NCBI GenBank assembly: GCA_043228905.1
Contig: JBHGNT010000016.1
Span: 2,790,001-2,854,000 of the forward strand
Length of the DNA: 64,000 bases
Source of the DNA: Azolla caroliniana
Taxonomy: Eukaryota > Plantae > Polypodiophyta
Direction: 5' to 3'
Both the position numbers and the translations under genes were made by a program. The notes under the pieces are model-generated. The model was not told where the DNA came from and did not search any database. It saw only the letters and a list, made by a program, of their open reading frames with translations. Position 1 is the stretch's first letter; each line of letters starts with the position of its first letter. Shown here piece after piece: positions 40,015 through 51,257 of this stretch.

Positions 40015-43000
40015 TGTTGGGATTACGGTCCCTTCGGATGGGATGGTCGGAAGTCGGAGATGAATGACGACGAGCCCGGTTTCGGTTTCGGATCCGGATG
40101 ACGAAGACCCCGGTTTCGGTGCCGGATGACGAATGTACCCGGAGAGCGATTCGGATGCAGGGACATACCCGTAATATGTTCGCTATGGGCCCCTGAGGCT
40201 ATAGTTGTAAATAGCCCAAAGTCATATAAGTATAAATATGACTTAGGGCAAACTGTTTTGGTGTTGCTACTCATTTTTCTGTTTTTCACTCAAGAGGAGT
40301 GAAGAGAGAGCAGCCGTGAGAGAGAGAGAGATATAGAGCGCGAGAGAGAGACGAAGAGGTAGACGCCTCTGTGTATTTCCGCCGCCTGTGGCGAGGACAG
40401 CGAGCTCAAGGTCGTTGCCTTGCAGCTCGCCATTGTATATTTCTCTGTGCATAGTTTGGTTTGGAGTCTCGCACTCCCGTGGTTTTTTCCCGTATAGGGT
40501 TTTCCACGTTAATCCCTGTGTATCGCGTCTTTTTCTGTACTTCCTATTTTCTGCTACATTGATCCGCGATTAATCGGTTGTGGCCGACTGAAGAAGGTGA
40601 ATCCAAGCGCTGATTCCCAACAAACTGGTATCAGAGCAACTGTTGCAGAAAATGGAAGGCGGCGGCAGCGGGCAGCCGATGATGATGGTGCTGAATGCAC
40701 AGAATTACGCCGACTGGAAGATCAAGATGGAGGATCTTCTGATTGTTCGGGACCTGTACGAACCGATTGACAGGTCGGAAATACCGAAAGGGGTACTTGA
40801 GTCGGAGTGGAAGCTCCTGAACCGGAAAGCCGTAGCGACGATCCGACAATACGTCGATGTAAGCGTCCTACAACATGTGGCGAACGACACCAACGCATAC
40901 GAGATGTGGAAGAAGCTGTCGGGCCTCTATGAGAGGAAGAATGCGTTGAACCGGACCTCCCTGATGAGGAAGATAGTGAATCTCAAGTACCGGGACGGCG
41001 AGAGTATGGTGGAACACGTAAGCACGTTCATGGGATTCGTGAATCAGCTTGCGGCGATCAAGTTCCCGTTGGAGGATGCAATGCAAGCCATCATCCTGAT
41101 GTGTACATTGCCGGAAAGCTGGGAGAACTTGGTGGTGACTCTCAGCACCTCGTGCACCGAAGATAACTTGTCCTTACAAACTGTAAAGACAAGTATTCTG
41201 AATGAAGAAGCGCGTCGGAGAGATAAGGAACCGGCCTCCGACCCGAAGATGCTGTTTACCGAATCGGATCGGGGAAGACAATGGAACCGGAGTCCGCAAA
41301 GACGGGAGAAGTCGGGGACCCGGTCGCAGTCAAGAGGAAGACCCACATGCTTCCACTGTGGGAAGCCGGGGCACTTCCGAAAGAATTGTCGGCATTACCG
41401 AAAAGACAACGGAGCCGACGACACCGACTCGAAGAAGTCACCAGAGAGAAACGGTGCATACCGGGGAGCCACGGACCGGAGAGGTTCGGATCGGCGAGGG
41501 CAGGACCGGAAAGGAACAACGGCACTAGCGGCAAGTGAGGAAGAAATGATGCTCATCACCGAAGAAGGGGAGCTAAACGTTGCCGGCGACGAGACGACCT
41601 GGGTGGTCGATTCCGGAGCATCGTTCCACCTGACCCCGGAGAGAAGATACTTCTCATCCTACACAGCCGGTCAGCATGGCTGTGTTCGGATGGGAAATGA
41701 AGGTACGTGCCGGATTGCCGGCATAGGAGACGTGTGGTTGACAACCCCGACCGGATGCAAAATGCTGCTGAAGAATGTCCGACACGTTCTGGAGGTCCGA
41801 CTGAACCTGATTTCAGCCGGGAGGCTAGATGATGAAGGCTACACGGGTAGCATCCGGAACGGTGTCATGAAGTTCAGCAAGGGGAACCTGATAGTGGCTC
41901 GGGCCCGGAAGGACAACACACTGTACCTGATGAATGCCCGGTTATGTCCGGAAGAGTTGAATGTGGCAGCCGACACTGCCGGTGAGCTGTGGCACAAAAG
42001 ACTGTGCCACATGAGTGAGAAGGGGATGAAGAGGCTTGCAGAAGACAACCTTATCCCAGTGAAGCATGTGCACCTGGAGAAGTGCACCGATTGCCTGGCC
42101 GGTAAGCAGAACCGAACCTCCTTCCACTCAAGGCCACCGACGAGACGTAGCGCACCATTGGAGTTGGTGCACACTGACGTGTGTCAGGTAGAAACGAAGT
42201 CACATGGCGGAGCCCAGTACTTCGTAACATTCATCGATGATCATAGCCGAAAGCTGTGGACGGCACCGCTGAAGACAAAGGACCAAGTGTTGTGCGTCTT
42301 CAAAGAACTCCACGCGAGAGTGGAAAGGGAATCCGGCAAGAAGCTGAAAGCGATACGAGCGGATAACGGAGGGGAATACCGGGGGCAGTTCCAGGAGTAC
42401 TGTCGCTCGAAGGGAATCCGGCTCGAGTTTACTGTGCCGAAGACGCCGGAACTGAACGGGCTGGCCGAGAGGATGAACCGGACCATAATGGAGAGGGTCC
42501 GGAGTATGCTGGCGCATGCGAAATTACCCAAGGGGTTTTGGGCTGAGGCAATGTCGACGGCGACATACGTGATAAACAGATCACCCTCAGTACCTTTGGA
42601 CGGAGACACGCCGCAGAAAGTGTGGACCGGTAAGGAAGTGTCCTACCGGCATCTGAAGGTGTTCGGGTGTCTCGCATACGTGCATGTGGCAAAGGACCGG
42701 AGAGGAAAGCTAGATCCAAAGACCCGGCCATGCATATTCCTCGGTTACGGTGACGACGAGTTCGGCTACCGAGTATGGGACCCGGTCGACAAGAAGATAT
42801 TCAGGAGTCGAGACATCATCTTCATGGAGGACAAGACACTCGCCGACTGGGAGTCGGAGAAGAAGATGAAGAGCTCCAAGTCGACCGGTGAGGATCAACT
42901 CTACGAGGAGCAGTCCCGACCGGCAAGGGACCGGTTAGCAGTCGAGGATCCGGCCGAAGACGGTGAAGAAACAGAACCGGCCGAAGAAGATGAAAACGAT

Positions 43001-45343
43001 ACCGGAACCGGCCCCGATCCCGAAATGGATTCGGATGAAGAAGAATCGGAAGAACCGGTTACCGAAGCTCCCGAACGGAGATATCCTCTAAGAGAGAGGA
43101 GGGCCCCCCGGAGATTTCCGGATCCAGAGCACGTGCTGCTAACCGACGAGGGGGAGCCGGAGAGCTTTGAAGAAGCAAAGCACGACACCCAGAGCCGCAG
43201 GTGGTTGAGTGCCATGCAGGACGAGATGGATTCCCTGCATGAGAACCACACATATGAACTTGTGGAGTTGCCGAAAGGAAAGCGGGCACTTCGAAACAAG
43301 TGGGTGTTCAAGCTGAAACCGGGAGATGCCGGAAACCCCACGAGATACAAAGCCAGGATCGTGGTGAAGGGGTTTCAGCAGAAGAAGGGCGTCGACTTCG
43401 ACGAGATATTTGCCCCGGTAGTGAAGATGACCTCCATCCGGACGGTGCTGAGCATAGCGGCAAGCATGGACCTCGAGGTAGAACAGATGGACGTGAAGAC
43501 GGCATTCCTTCACGGTGACCTCGATGAAGAGATCTACATGCAGCAGCCGGAAGGATTCGAGAAGAAAGGGAAGGAGCACCTGGTATGCCGGTTGAAGAAG
43601 AGCCTTTACGGACTGAAGCAGGCTCCCCGGCAATGGTACCGGAAGTTCGACTCCTTCATGACCGACGAAGGGTACCTCAAAACGCAGTCCGACCACTGCG
43701 TGTTTGTGAAGAAGTTCGAAGGAGGAGACTTCCTAATACTCCTCCTGTACGTGGACGACATGTTGATCGTCGGACGGGACCAGGTCAAGATACGAATGCT
43801 GAAGAAGGCTCTTCACCGAACCTTCTCAATGAAGGACTTGGGTCCGGCGAGGCAAATACTAGGGATGCACATCATCCGGGACCGGAAGAAGAAGCAGTTG
43901 TGGCTGTCACAGGAGAAGTACGTGACGAAGGTGCTTCACCGGTTCAACATGTCGGAGGCAAGACCGGTCGGATCGACCCTCCCGGCAAACTGCAAGCTGT
44001 CCAGCAAGCAAAGTCCCAAGACAAAGGCTGAAAAGGAGGATATGATGAAAGTGCCGTATGCCTCAGCCGTCGGGAGCTTGATGTACGCCATGGTGTGTAC
44101 GAGACCGGACATCGGATATGCAGTCGGAGTGGTGAGCCGATACATGAGCAATCCCGGCAAAGAGCATTGGAACGCGGTCAAGTGGATACTCCGATACCTG
44201 AAGGGCACAACGAATGTGTGCCTCCGATTCGGCTCCGGCAAACCCGAACTCGACGGTTTCACCGATTCGGATATGTCGGCTGATGCAGATACCAGCCGGT
44301 CCACATCAGGGTATGTGATGACGTATGCAGGGGGAGCTGTTTCGTGGCAGTCGAGGCTGCAGAAGACAGTTGCGTTGTCAACCACGGAGGCTGAGTACAT
44401 GGCAGCTGTTGAAGCCGGCAAGGAAATGATATGGATGAAGGACTTCATTAGAGAGCTCGGTATCCGGCAGGAGGAGTACTGACTCTACTGCGACAGTCAG
44501 AGTGCCATCCACCTTGCGAAGAACGCGGCCTATCACTCCCGGACGAAGCACATCCAGCGAAGATATCACTGGATCCGGGAAAGGATAGAAGACCAGGAGT
44601 TCGTGCTGACGAAGATCCACACGGACGAGAACGGGTCGGATATGCTGACCAAGGTGCTCACACCCGACAAGCTCGAAGCATGCCGGAAGAGGATCGGATT
44701 GGAAAGACATCCCATGCCGAAGTGAAGGGGGAGTTTGTTGGGATTACGGTCCCTTCGGATGGGATGGTCGGAAGTCGGAGATGAATGACGACGAGCCCGG
44801 TTTCGGTTTCGGATCCGGATGACGAAGACCCCGGTTTCGGTGCCGGATGACGAATGTACCCGGAGAGCGATTCGGATGCAGGGACATACCCGTAATATGT
44901 TCGCTATGGGCCCCTGAGGCTATAGTTGTAAATAGCCCAAAGTCATATAAGTATAAATATGACTTAGGGCAAACTGTTTTGGTGTTGCTACTCATTTTTC
45001 TGTTTTTCACTCAAGAGGAGTGAAGAGAGAGCAGCCGTGAGAGAGAGAGAGATATAGAGCGCGAGAGAGAGACGAAGAGGTAGACGCCTCTGTGTATTTC
45101 CGCCGCCTGTGGCGAGGACAGCGAGCTCAAGGTCGTTGCCTTGCAGCTCGCCATTGTATATTTCTCTGTGCATAGTTTGGTTTGGAGTCTCGCACTCCCG
45201 TGGTTTTTTCCCGTATAGGGTTTTCCACGTTAATCCGTGTGTATCGCGTCTTTTTCTGTACTTCCTATTTTCTGCTACATTGATCCGCGATTAATCGGTT
45301 GTGGCCGACTGAAGAAGGTGAATCCAAGCGCTGATTCCCAACA
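40015..45343 (+). mobile_element. Full-length Ty1/copia element F (Tnt1/Tork-like)
   Basis: LTRs 40015-40622 and 44736-45343 (608 bp, one difference seen), 5-bp TSD GGGAT (40010-40014 / 45344-45348), iMet PBS TGGTATCAGAGC 40626-40637 and PPT GAAGGGGGAG 44724-44733. Confidence 0.97.
40652..44725 (+). CDS. Copia Gag-PR-INT-RT-RNase H polyprotein; open to 44482, one in-frame TGA in RNase H, frame continues to 44725
   Basis: CFHCGKPGHFRKNC knuckle, WVVDSGAS protease, LWHKRLCH and LVHTDV integrase, QMDVKTAFLHG and LYVDDML RT, GFTDSD RNase H. After TGA 44480-44482 the frame resumes as LYCDSQSAIHLAKNAAYHSRTKHI..GSDMLTK. Confidence 0.92.
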
Positions 45344-48300
45344 GGGATGCCCTGTAGCAGAAAAGGACGAGACGATCGGGCCGGACGGATGCCGGCGATT
45401 CGTGGCGACGCACATCGACGACTGCGAGAAGGTGCTGCAGAGGCTAGAGGCTGTGAGGCTCACCTTCTCGGGGGAGAAATCAGCCTTCGGGCAGTCGGAA
45501 ATCATGGTGGTCGGACATTTATGTGGACCATATGGCCGGAAACCGTCTCCGGCAAAGGTAGAAGCCATCTCCGCGATGAAGCCTGATTGCAGCTCGGTCA
45601 CGGAAGTACGAAGATTCTTGGGAGCATGCGCCTTCTACCACATATGGATCCCGCATTACGCGCATGTCGCGGAGCCGCTGTACGGATTATTGAAGAAAGG
45701 GCGAAGATTCGAATGGCTAGACAAGCACGCGGAGTCGGTCCGGAAGCTGAAGGAGGCTCTTTCGGCAGCACCGGCGCTCCGAAAGGCCGTCTACAGGAAG
45801 GGCACCCCAGTGTACATAACGGTTGACACGAGTCCGACCGGAATCGGGTGGGTCGTCAACCAAGAAGACGAGGACGGCAATCGGTTCCCGATCCGATTCG
45901 GCGCGAAGGTCCTCAGTGAGCGGCAGCGAGGATACGCCCAGGTTAAACGCGAACTCTGGGGTATCGTTTCGGCGGTGAAGGCCGACAAGGACTATCTGAT
46001 CGGGACAGAGGTAATCATAGAGACGGATTGCATGCCGATTCTCGGCATGGTTTCCGGATGCGCGACGCCGGACCTGGCAATGCTCAGGTGGATAGCGTAC
46101 ATCAAGTCCCTGGACCCGGAAATACGACACATTTTCGGGAAAGACAACGCCATGGCCGACATGCTTTCAAGGGCGAGATTCGATGACGAGGGCGGCATGG
46201 TTTCGGAGGACGAAGAGGTCGGCGTGGACTTCTTCGAGGCAGCATACGTAACAACCGGCGGGACGAGCACTCCGGCGCTTAACGACTTCGACGCGAGCAA
46301 GTACGACGGGGAGTGGCTGCGGATCGGCGGGTTCTTGAGGACAATGGCGCCGGATGCGTCATGGACGAAAGACGAGGCCAATCGGATCCGGAAGAAAGCG
46401 TACCGGTTCTTTCTCCGGGATGGCTATCTATGGAAGCACCCGAAGAAGAGGGACGGCACTCCGCTCCGGGTGGTGGCGATGAAGGAAGAACATGAGGAGC
46501 TGCTGACGGCCTACCACGACAGCCCTTGGGCCGGACACCGTGGAACTTGGGCCACGTTCGAGAAGATAAAGGAGAAGTACTGGTGGCCGGGACTGTACCG
46601 GGACGTGCATCGATTAGTGACAACTTGCGAGAGCTGTCAGATGCACTCCGTGGTCCGACACCGGGACGAGCTTCACCCTACGTACCCTCCGACCATCCAC
46701 TTCAAATGGATGGTAGATCTGGTGACGATGCCAATGGGGGTAGGACAGATGCGGTACCTGGTCCTAGCGCGGGAGGATCTGACGAACCAGGTGGAAGGCC
46801 GGGCCCTTCCGAACAAAACGACCGCGGCCGTATGTCGGTTCCTAATCGAGGACGTGATATGCCGGTACGGGTGCGTCGGGAAGATCGTGGCTGACCGAGG
46901 GGAGTTGGACGCCGAAGAAGCCGCGGAGCTGTTCGACCGGCTGGGAGTCAAGCTCTCGCTCACCACTGCGTACAATCCGGAGGCGAATGGAAAGGTGGAG
47001 CGCGGACACGGACTGATCGTCAAGGCGCTGGTTCGAGCATGCGGAGGCCAAGTCGGTAACTGGCCGCGGCTGCTACCTTATGCTTTGTGGGCAGACCGGA
47101 CCACGCACAGTTCGGTAACCGGGTACATGCCGACGGAGCTCATGTTCGGCCAGAAGCCGATCATGCCGATAGAACGGACGATCTCCTCGTGGGCAACGGT
47201 CGACTGGAGGGACGAGATGAGCCGGGAGGAGTTGTTGGCCGCGCGTATACGACAGCTCGAGCGAAGACCGGAGGACGTGGAACTGGCTGCGGAGAAGCTC
47301 CGGGTGGCGAGGACAAAGAACAAAGCCAGGTTCGACCGAACGCACCGGCTCAGACCGAAGAAAATCGACGAAGGTGACTGGGTGCTCGTCTACGACAGCA
47401 GCCTCGACAACCAGCACCGAGCTACACGGAAGTTCGCACGAAGGTGGTTCGGGCCTTACGTGGTGCGGAGCGCCAATGACAACGGGACATATCACCTGGC
47501 GGAACTCGACGACACGAGAATGGCGATACCGGTTGCAGGGAAGCGGATCAAAGCGTTCAAGAAGCGACACGACGACGAGCCAGACCCGGCTCTCCTAGTC
47601 AGCAGTGACGAACGATCCGAAAACGAGGAAGAACCGACGGGCGAGGAATGAAGACGGGCCGGTTTTCTCCGTCCCAACTCTCTTGGCGCATACCGGAGGA
47701 TGCGCGGTTAGGTGGGGGCGGATGTCGTGAAGAAAACCGTCCATAGGCGGAATCGGCGCACCAAGGCGTGGGAACCGGTTCTTCACGCGTGCACGCTCCA
47801 AGTTGTACATAGAAGCGAATTAGGAGGATAATCGGCAGGAACGGGCCCTAACACAAGTGGAGACAAAGACCGCGCGAACAGTCTTTTCGGTCGCGCGCGC
47901 GAGCGAAGGAACGGTACGAGTCGGCGGCGTAACTACGCGGATGCGTGAAGGGCGGAGCGGATCCCTGTCCAAAAGGGACAGGGAATAAAGCTGACATGAC
48001 GGCCTGCTCGTCGGCCTATATAAGGAGCAGGAAAGAGCTGTTGCAGGCATCTCGCGCAGAGAGGACGAAGTGCTGTCGGATCGTTTCTGGACGCTTCTCT
48101 CTCTGTTTCCTTCCTTCTTGAGCTCCATAGCTTTCTGTGCAGGGTTCCGAGGAGGCTCGCGCTGTTTTCGAGGAACGCCCGAGTGCTTCCGGCAGCACCT
48201 CCGACCTGCTACCCCCCCCCTTTGTGCGTCGAAGCGAACAGGCATCGGCATCTGTTCGCCGGCCTGTTCGGTTGTAGACAACCTGTGCCCCATCGAGGGT

Positions 48301-51217
48301 TGTAGTCGTGTTAGCCATTTTTGTTAATATACATATTTAGTCATTCGCATCTGTCTGTGTCGGTGTCTGTTCGCGTTCTCCGTGCTGAAGGGCCGTGTCC
48401 CTGTGTATTCCCGGTCCTGCGTAGCCGCTTCTCTCTCCTTCTCCTCCCCCGCTTGCTCTTTGGTTCGAGACCCCCGCGGTCCCGCCTCGTTTCCACACGC
48501 ACTTGCGTAATATCTCGACACCGCGCATCCACCGGTATGCGCCAAAATTAGACTCTTGCCGGAGAAGACCAGCCCAAGCTTATCCTTCGTCTTCCGGATC
48601 GACATCCGTTCTGAGCCGATCGTTGTCGCTATCTAGGTCGTCTGGGTCCGGTTTCGCCTCGTGCCGCTTTTTGATTGCTCTGATCCTTTTCCCCGCCATC
48701 GGTACCCCCATCCTTGTCCCATCGAGCTCCGCGAGATGGTAGGTCCCATTGTCGTTGGCGCTTGTCACCACATAAGGCCCGAACCACCTTCATGCAAACT
48801 TCCGCATTACCCTATGCTGGTTGTTGAGGCTATTGTCATACACTAGAACCCAATCGCCTTCCTCGATCTTCTTCGGTCTCAGTCGGTGGGTCCGTTCGAA
48901 CCATCCTTTGTTCTTTACCCTCGCCACTCGTAGCTTCTCCGTGGCTCGATCCACGTCCTTCGGTCTTCGCTCCAACTGCTGAATCCGTGCCGCTAACAGC
49001 TCCTCCCGGCTCATCTCATCTTTCCAGTCCACCATGGCCCATGAGGAGATTGTCTGCTCCGTTGGCATGATCGGCTTTTGCTCGTACATTAGCTCAACTG
49101 GCATGAACCCGGTTACCGAATTGTGCATAGTTCGGTCTGCCCACAACGCATAGGGTAAGAGCCGCGGCCAATTCCTGACTTGGCCTCCACACGCCCGTAC
49201 TAACGGTTTGACGATCGGCCCCTGTCCACGTTCCACCTTCCTGTTAGCCTTCGGATTGTACGCTGTGTTGAGAGAGAGTTTAATCCCTAGCTGGTCAAAC
49301 AACTCCTCCACCTCTTGCGCGTCCAATTCTCCGCGGTCGGCCATGATCTTACCTATGCACCCGTACCGGCATACCACTTCTTCGATCAGAAATCGGCACA
49401 CGACCGCGGTTGTTTTGCTCTGCAACACTCGGCCTTCCGCCTGGTTCGTCAGGTCCTCCCGAGCCAGCACCAGATATCGCATCTGCCCTACCCCCATCGG
49501 CATCGTTACCAGATCCACCATCCACTTGAAGTGGATGGTCGGAGGGTAGGTCGGGTGGAGCTCATCCCAATGTCGGACTATGGAGTGCATCTGACAGCTT
49601 TCGCAAGTTGTCATGAACTGATGCACGTCCCGGTATAGTTCCGACCACCAGTACTTCCCCTTTAGTTTCTCCAATGTGGCCCACGTCTCGCGGTGTCCGG
49701 CCCAGGGACTCTCGTGGTACGTCGTCAACAATTCTTCCTATTCCTCTTTCTTCGCCACCACTCGGAGCGGGATGTCGTCTCTCTTCTTCGGGTGCTTCCA
49801 TATGCTCCCGTCTCGTAGAAAGAATCGGTACGCTTTCTTTCGAATCTGGTTGCTCTCTTCCCTCGTCCACACCGCGTCTGGTGTCATTGTCGTTAGGAAC
49901 CTGCCGATCTGGAGCCACTCCTCGTCGTACTTGCTCTCGTCGAACTCGTTAAGCGCCGGAGTGCTCCCCTTCCCTATTGTTACGTAAGTTGTCTCAAAGA
50001 AGTCCACACTGACTTCTTCGTCCTCCGAAACCATGCCATCCTCGTCATCGAACCTCGCTCTCGAAAGCATGTCGGCCATGGCATTGTCCTTCACGAAAAT
50101 GTGTCGTATTTCCGGATTCAGGGACTTGATGTACGCTATCCACCTGAGCATTGCCAGGTCCGGCGTCGCGCATCCGGAAACCATGCCAAGAATCGGCAGG
50201 CAGTTCGTCTCGATTATCACCTCTGTCCCGATCAGGTAGTCTTTATCGGCCTTAACCGCCGAAACGATACCCCAGAGTTCGCATTTAACCTGGGCATATC
50301 CTCGTTGTCGCTCATTGAGAACTTTCACGCCGAACCGGATGGGGAACCTCGCACCATTGTCATCCTCTTGGTTGATCACCCATCCGATCCCGGTCGGACT
50401 CGTGTCTACGGTCACGTTGTCGTGAAGAAAACCGTCCATAAGCGGAATCGGCAGACCGAGGCGTGGGAACCGGTTCCTCACGCGCGCACGCTCCAAGTCG
50501 AACATAGAAGCGAGTTAGGAGGATAACCGGCAGGAACGGGCCCTAACACGAGTGGAGACAAAGACCGCGCGAACAGTCTTTTCGGTCGCGCGCGCGAGCT
50601 AAGGGACGGCACGAGTCGGCGGCGTAACTACGCGTATGCGTGAAGAACGGGGCGGATCCCTGTTCGAAAGGGACAGGGGATAAAGCTGACATGACGGCCT
50701 ACTCGTCGAGATATATATAAGGAGCAGGAAAGAAAGGGACGGGGGATCGCGCAGAGAGGAGAGAGTGCTGTCGGACCGTTTCTGGACGCTTCTCTCTCTG
50801 TTTCCTTCCTTCTTGAGCTCCATAGCTTCTCTGTGCAGGGTTCCGAGGAGGCTCGCGCTGTTTCGAGGAACGCCCGAGTGCTTCCGGCAGCACCTCCGAC
50901 CTGCTACCCCCCTTCGTGCGTTGAAGCGAACAGGCATCGGCATCTGTTCGCCGGCCTGTTCGGTTGTAACCAACCTGTGCCCCACCGGGGGTTGTAGTCG
51001 TGCTAGCCATTTTTGTTAATATACATATTTAGTCATTCGCATCTGTCTGTGTCGGTGTCCGTTCGCGTTCTCCGTGCTGAAGGGCCGTGTCCCTGTGTAC
51101 CCCCCGGTCCTGCGTAGCCGGTTCTCCCTCTTTATCCTCCCTCGCTTGCTCTTTGGTTCGAGACCCCCGCGGTCCCGCCTCGTTTCCACACGCACTTGCG
51201 TAAAATCGCGACATCTT

Positions 51218-51235
51218 TGGTGAACCCGACGTGAA
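51218..51235 (+). promoter_or_regulatory. Primer-binding site complementary to the tRNA-Trp 3' end
   Basis: TGGTGAACCCGACGTGAA is the reverse complement of ..TTCACGTCGGGTTCACCA, the plant cytosolic tRNA-Trp(CCA) 3' end as I recall it. It is identical in B and D. Confidence 0.8.
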
Positions 51236-51257
51236 AGAGGCGGCAGAAGAGCAGAAG

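Larger units (their letters stand above)
38829..47651 (+). pseudogene. RT-RNase H-integrase of element D, split by the copia F insertion (38829-40014 and 45349-47651)
   Basis: RT 'DLYSGYDQF', 'LPQG' and 'FLDDIPIKG|CP' rejoin across the GGGAT TSD. RNase H 'TVDTSPTGIGW', integrase HHCC, DDE core and 'WFGPY' are present. Confidence 0.92.
35870..48520 (+). mobile_element. Full-length Ty3/gypsy element D (interrupted by copia F)
   Basis: LTRs 35870-36667 and 47723-48520 (798 bp each, ~8 differences by eye), PBS 36672-36689, PPT 47710-47722 and a 4-bp TSD CCGT/CCGC. Confidence 0.95.

Noticed and set aside
45237-45348. N-terminal extension of the 804-aa ORF; likewise the chimeric ends of ORFs 38961-40067, 49738-50505 and 57649-58890
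   Set aside because: Accidental read-through across insertion junctions between LTR and host pol, not real fusion genes.
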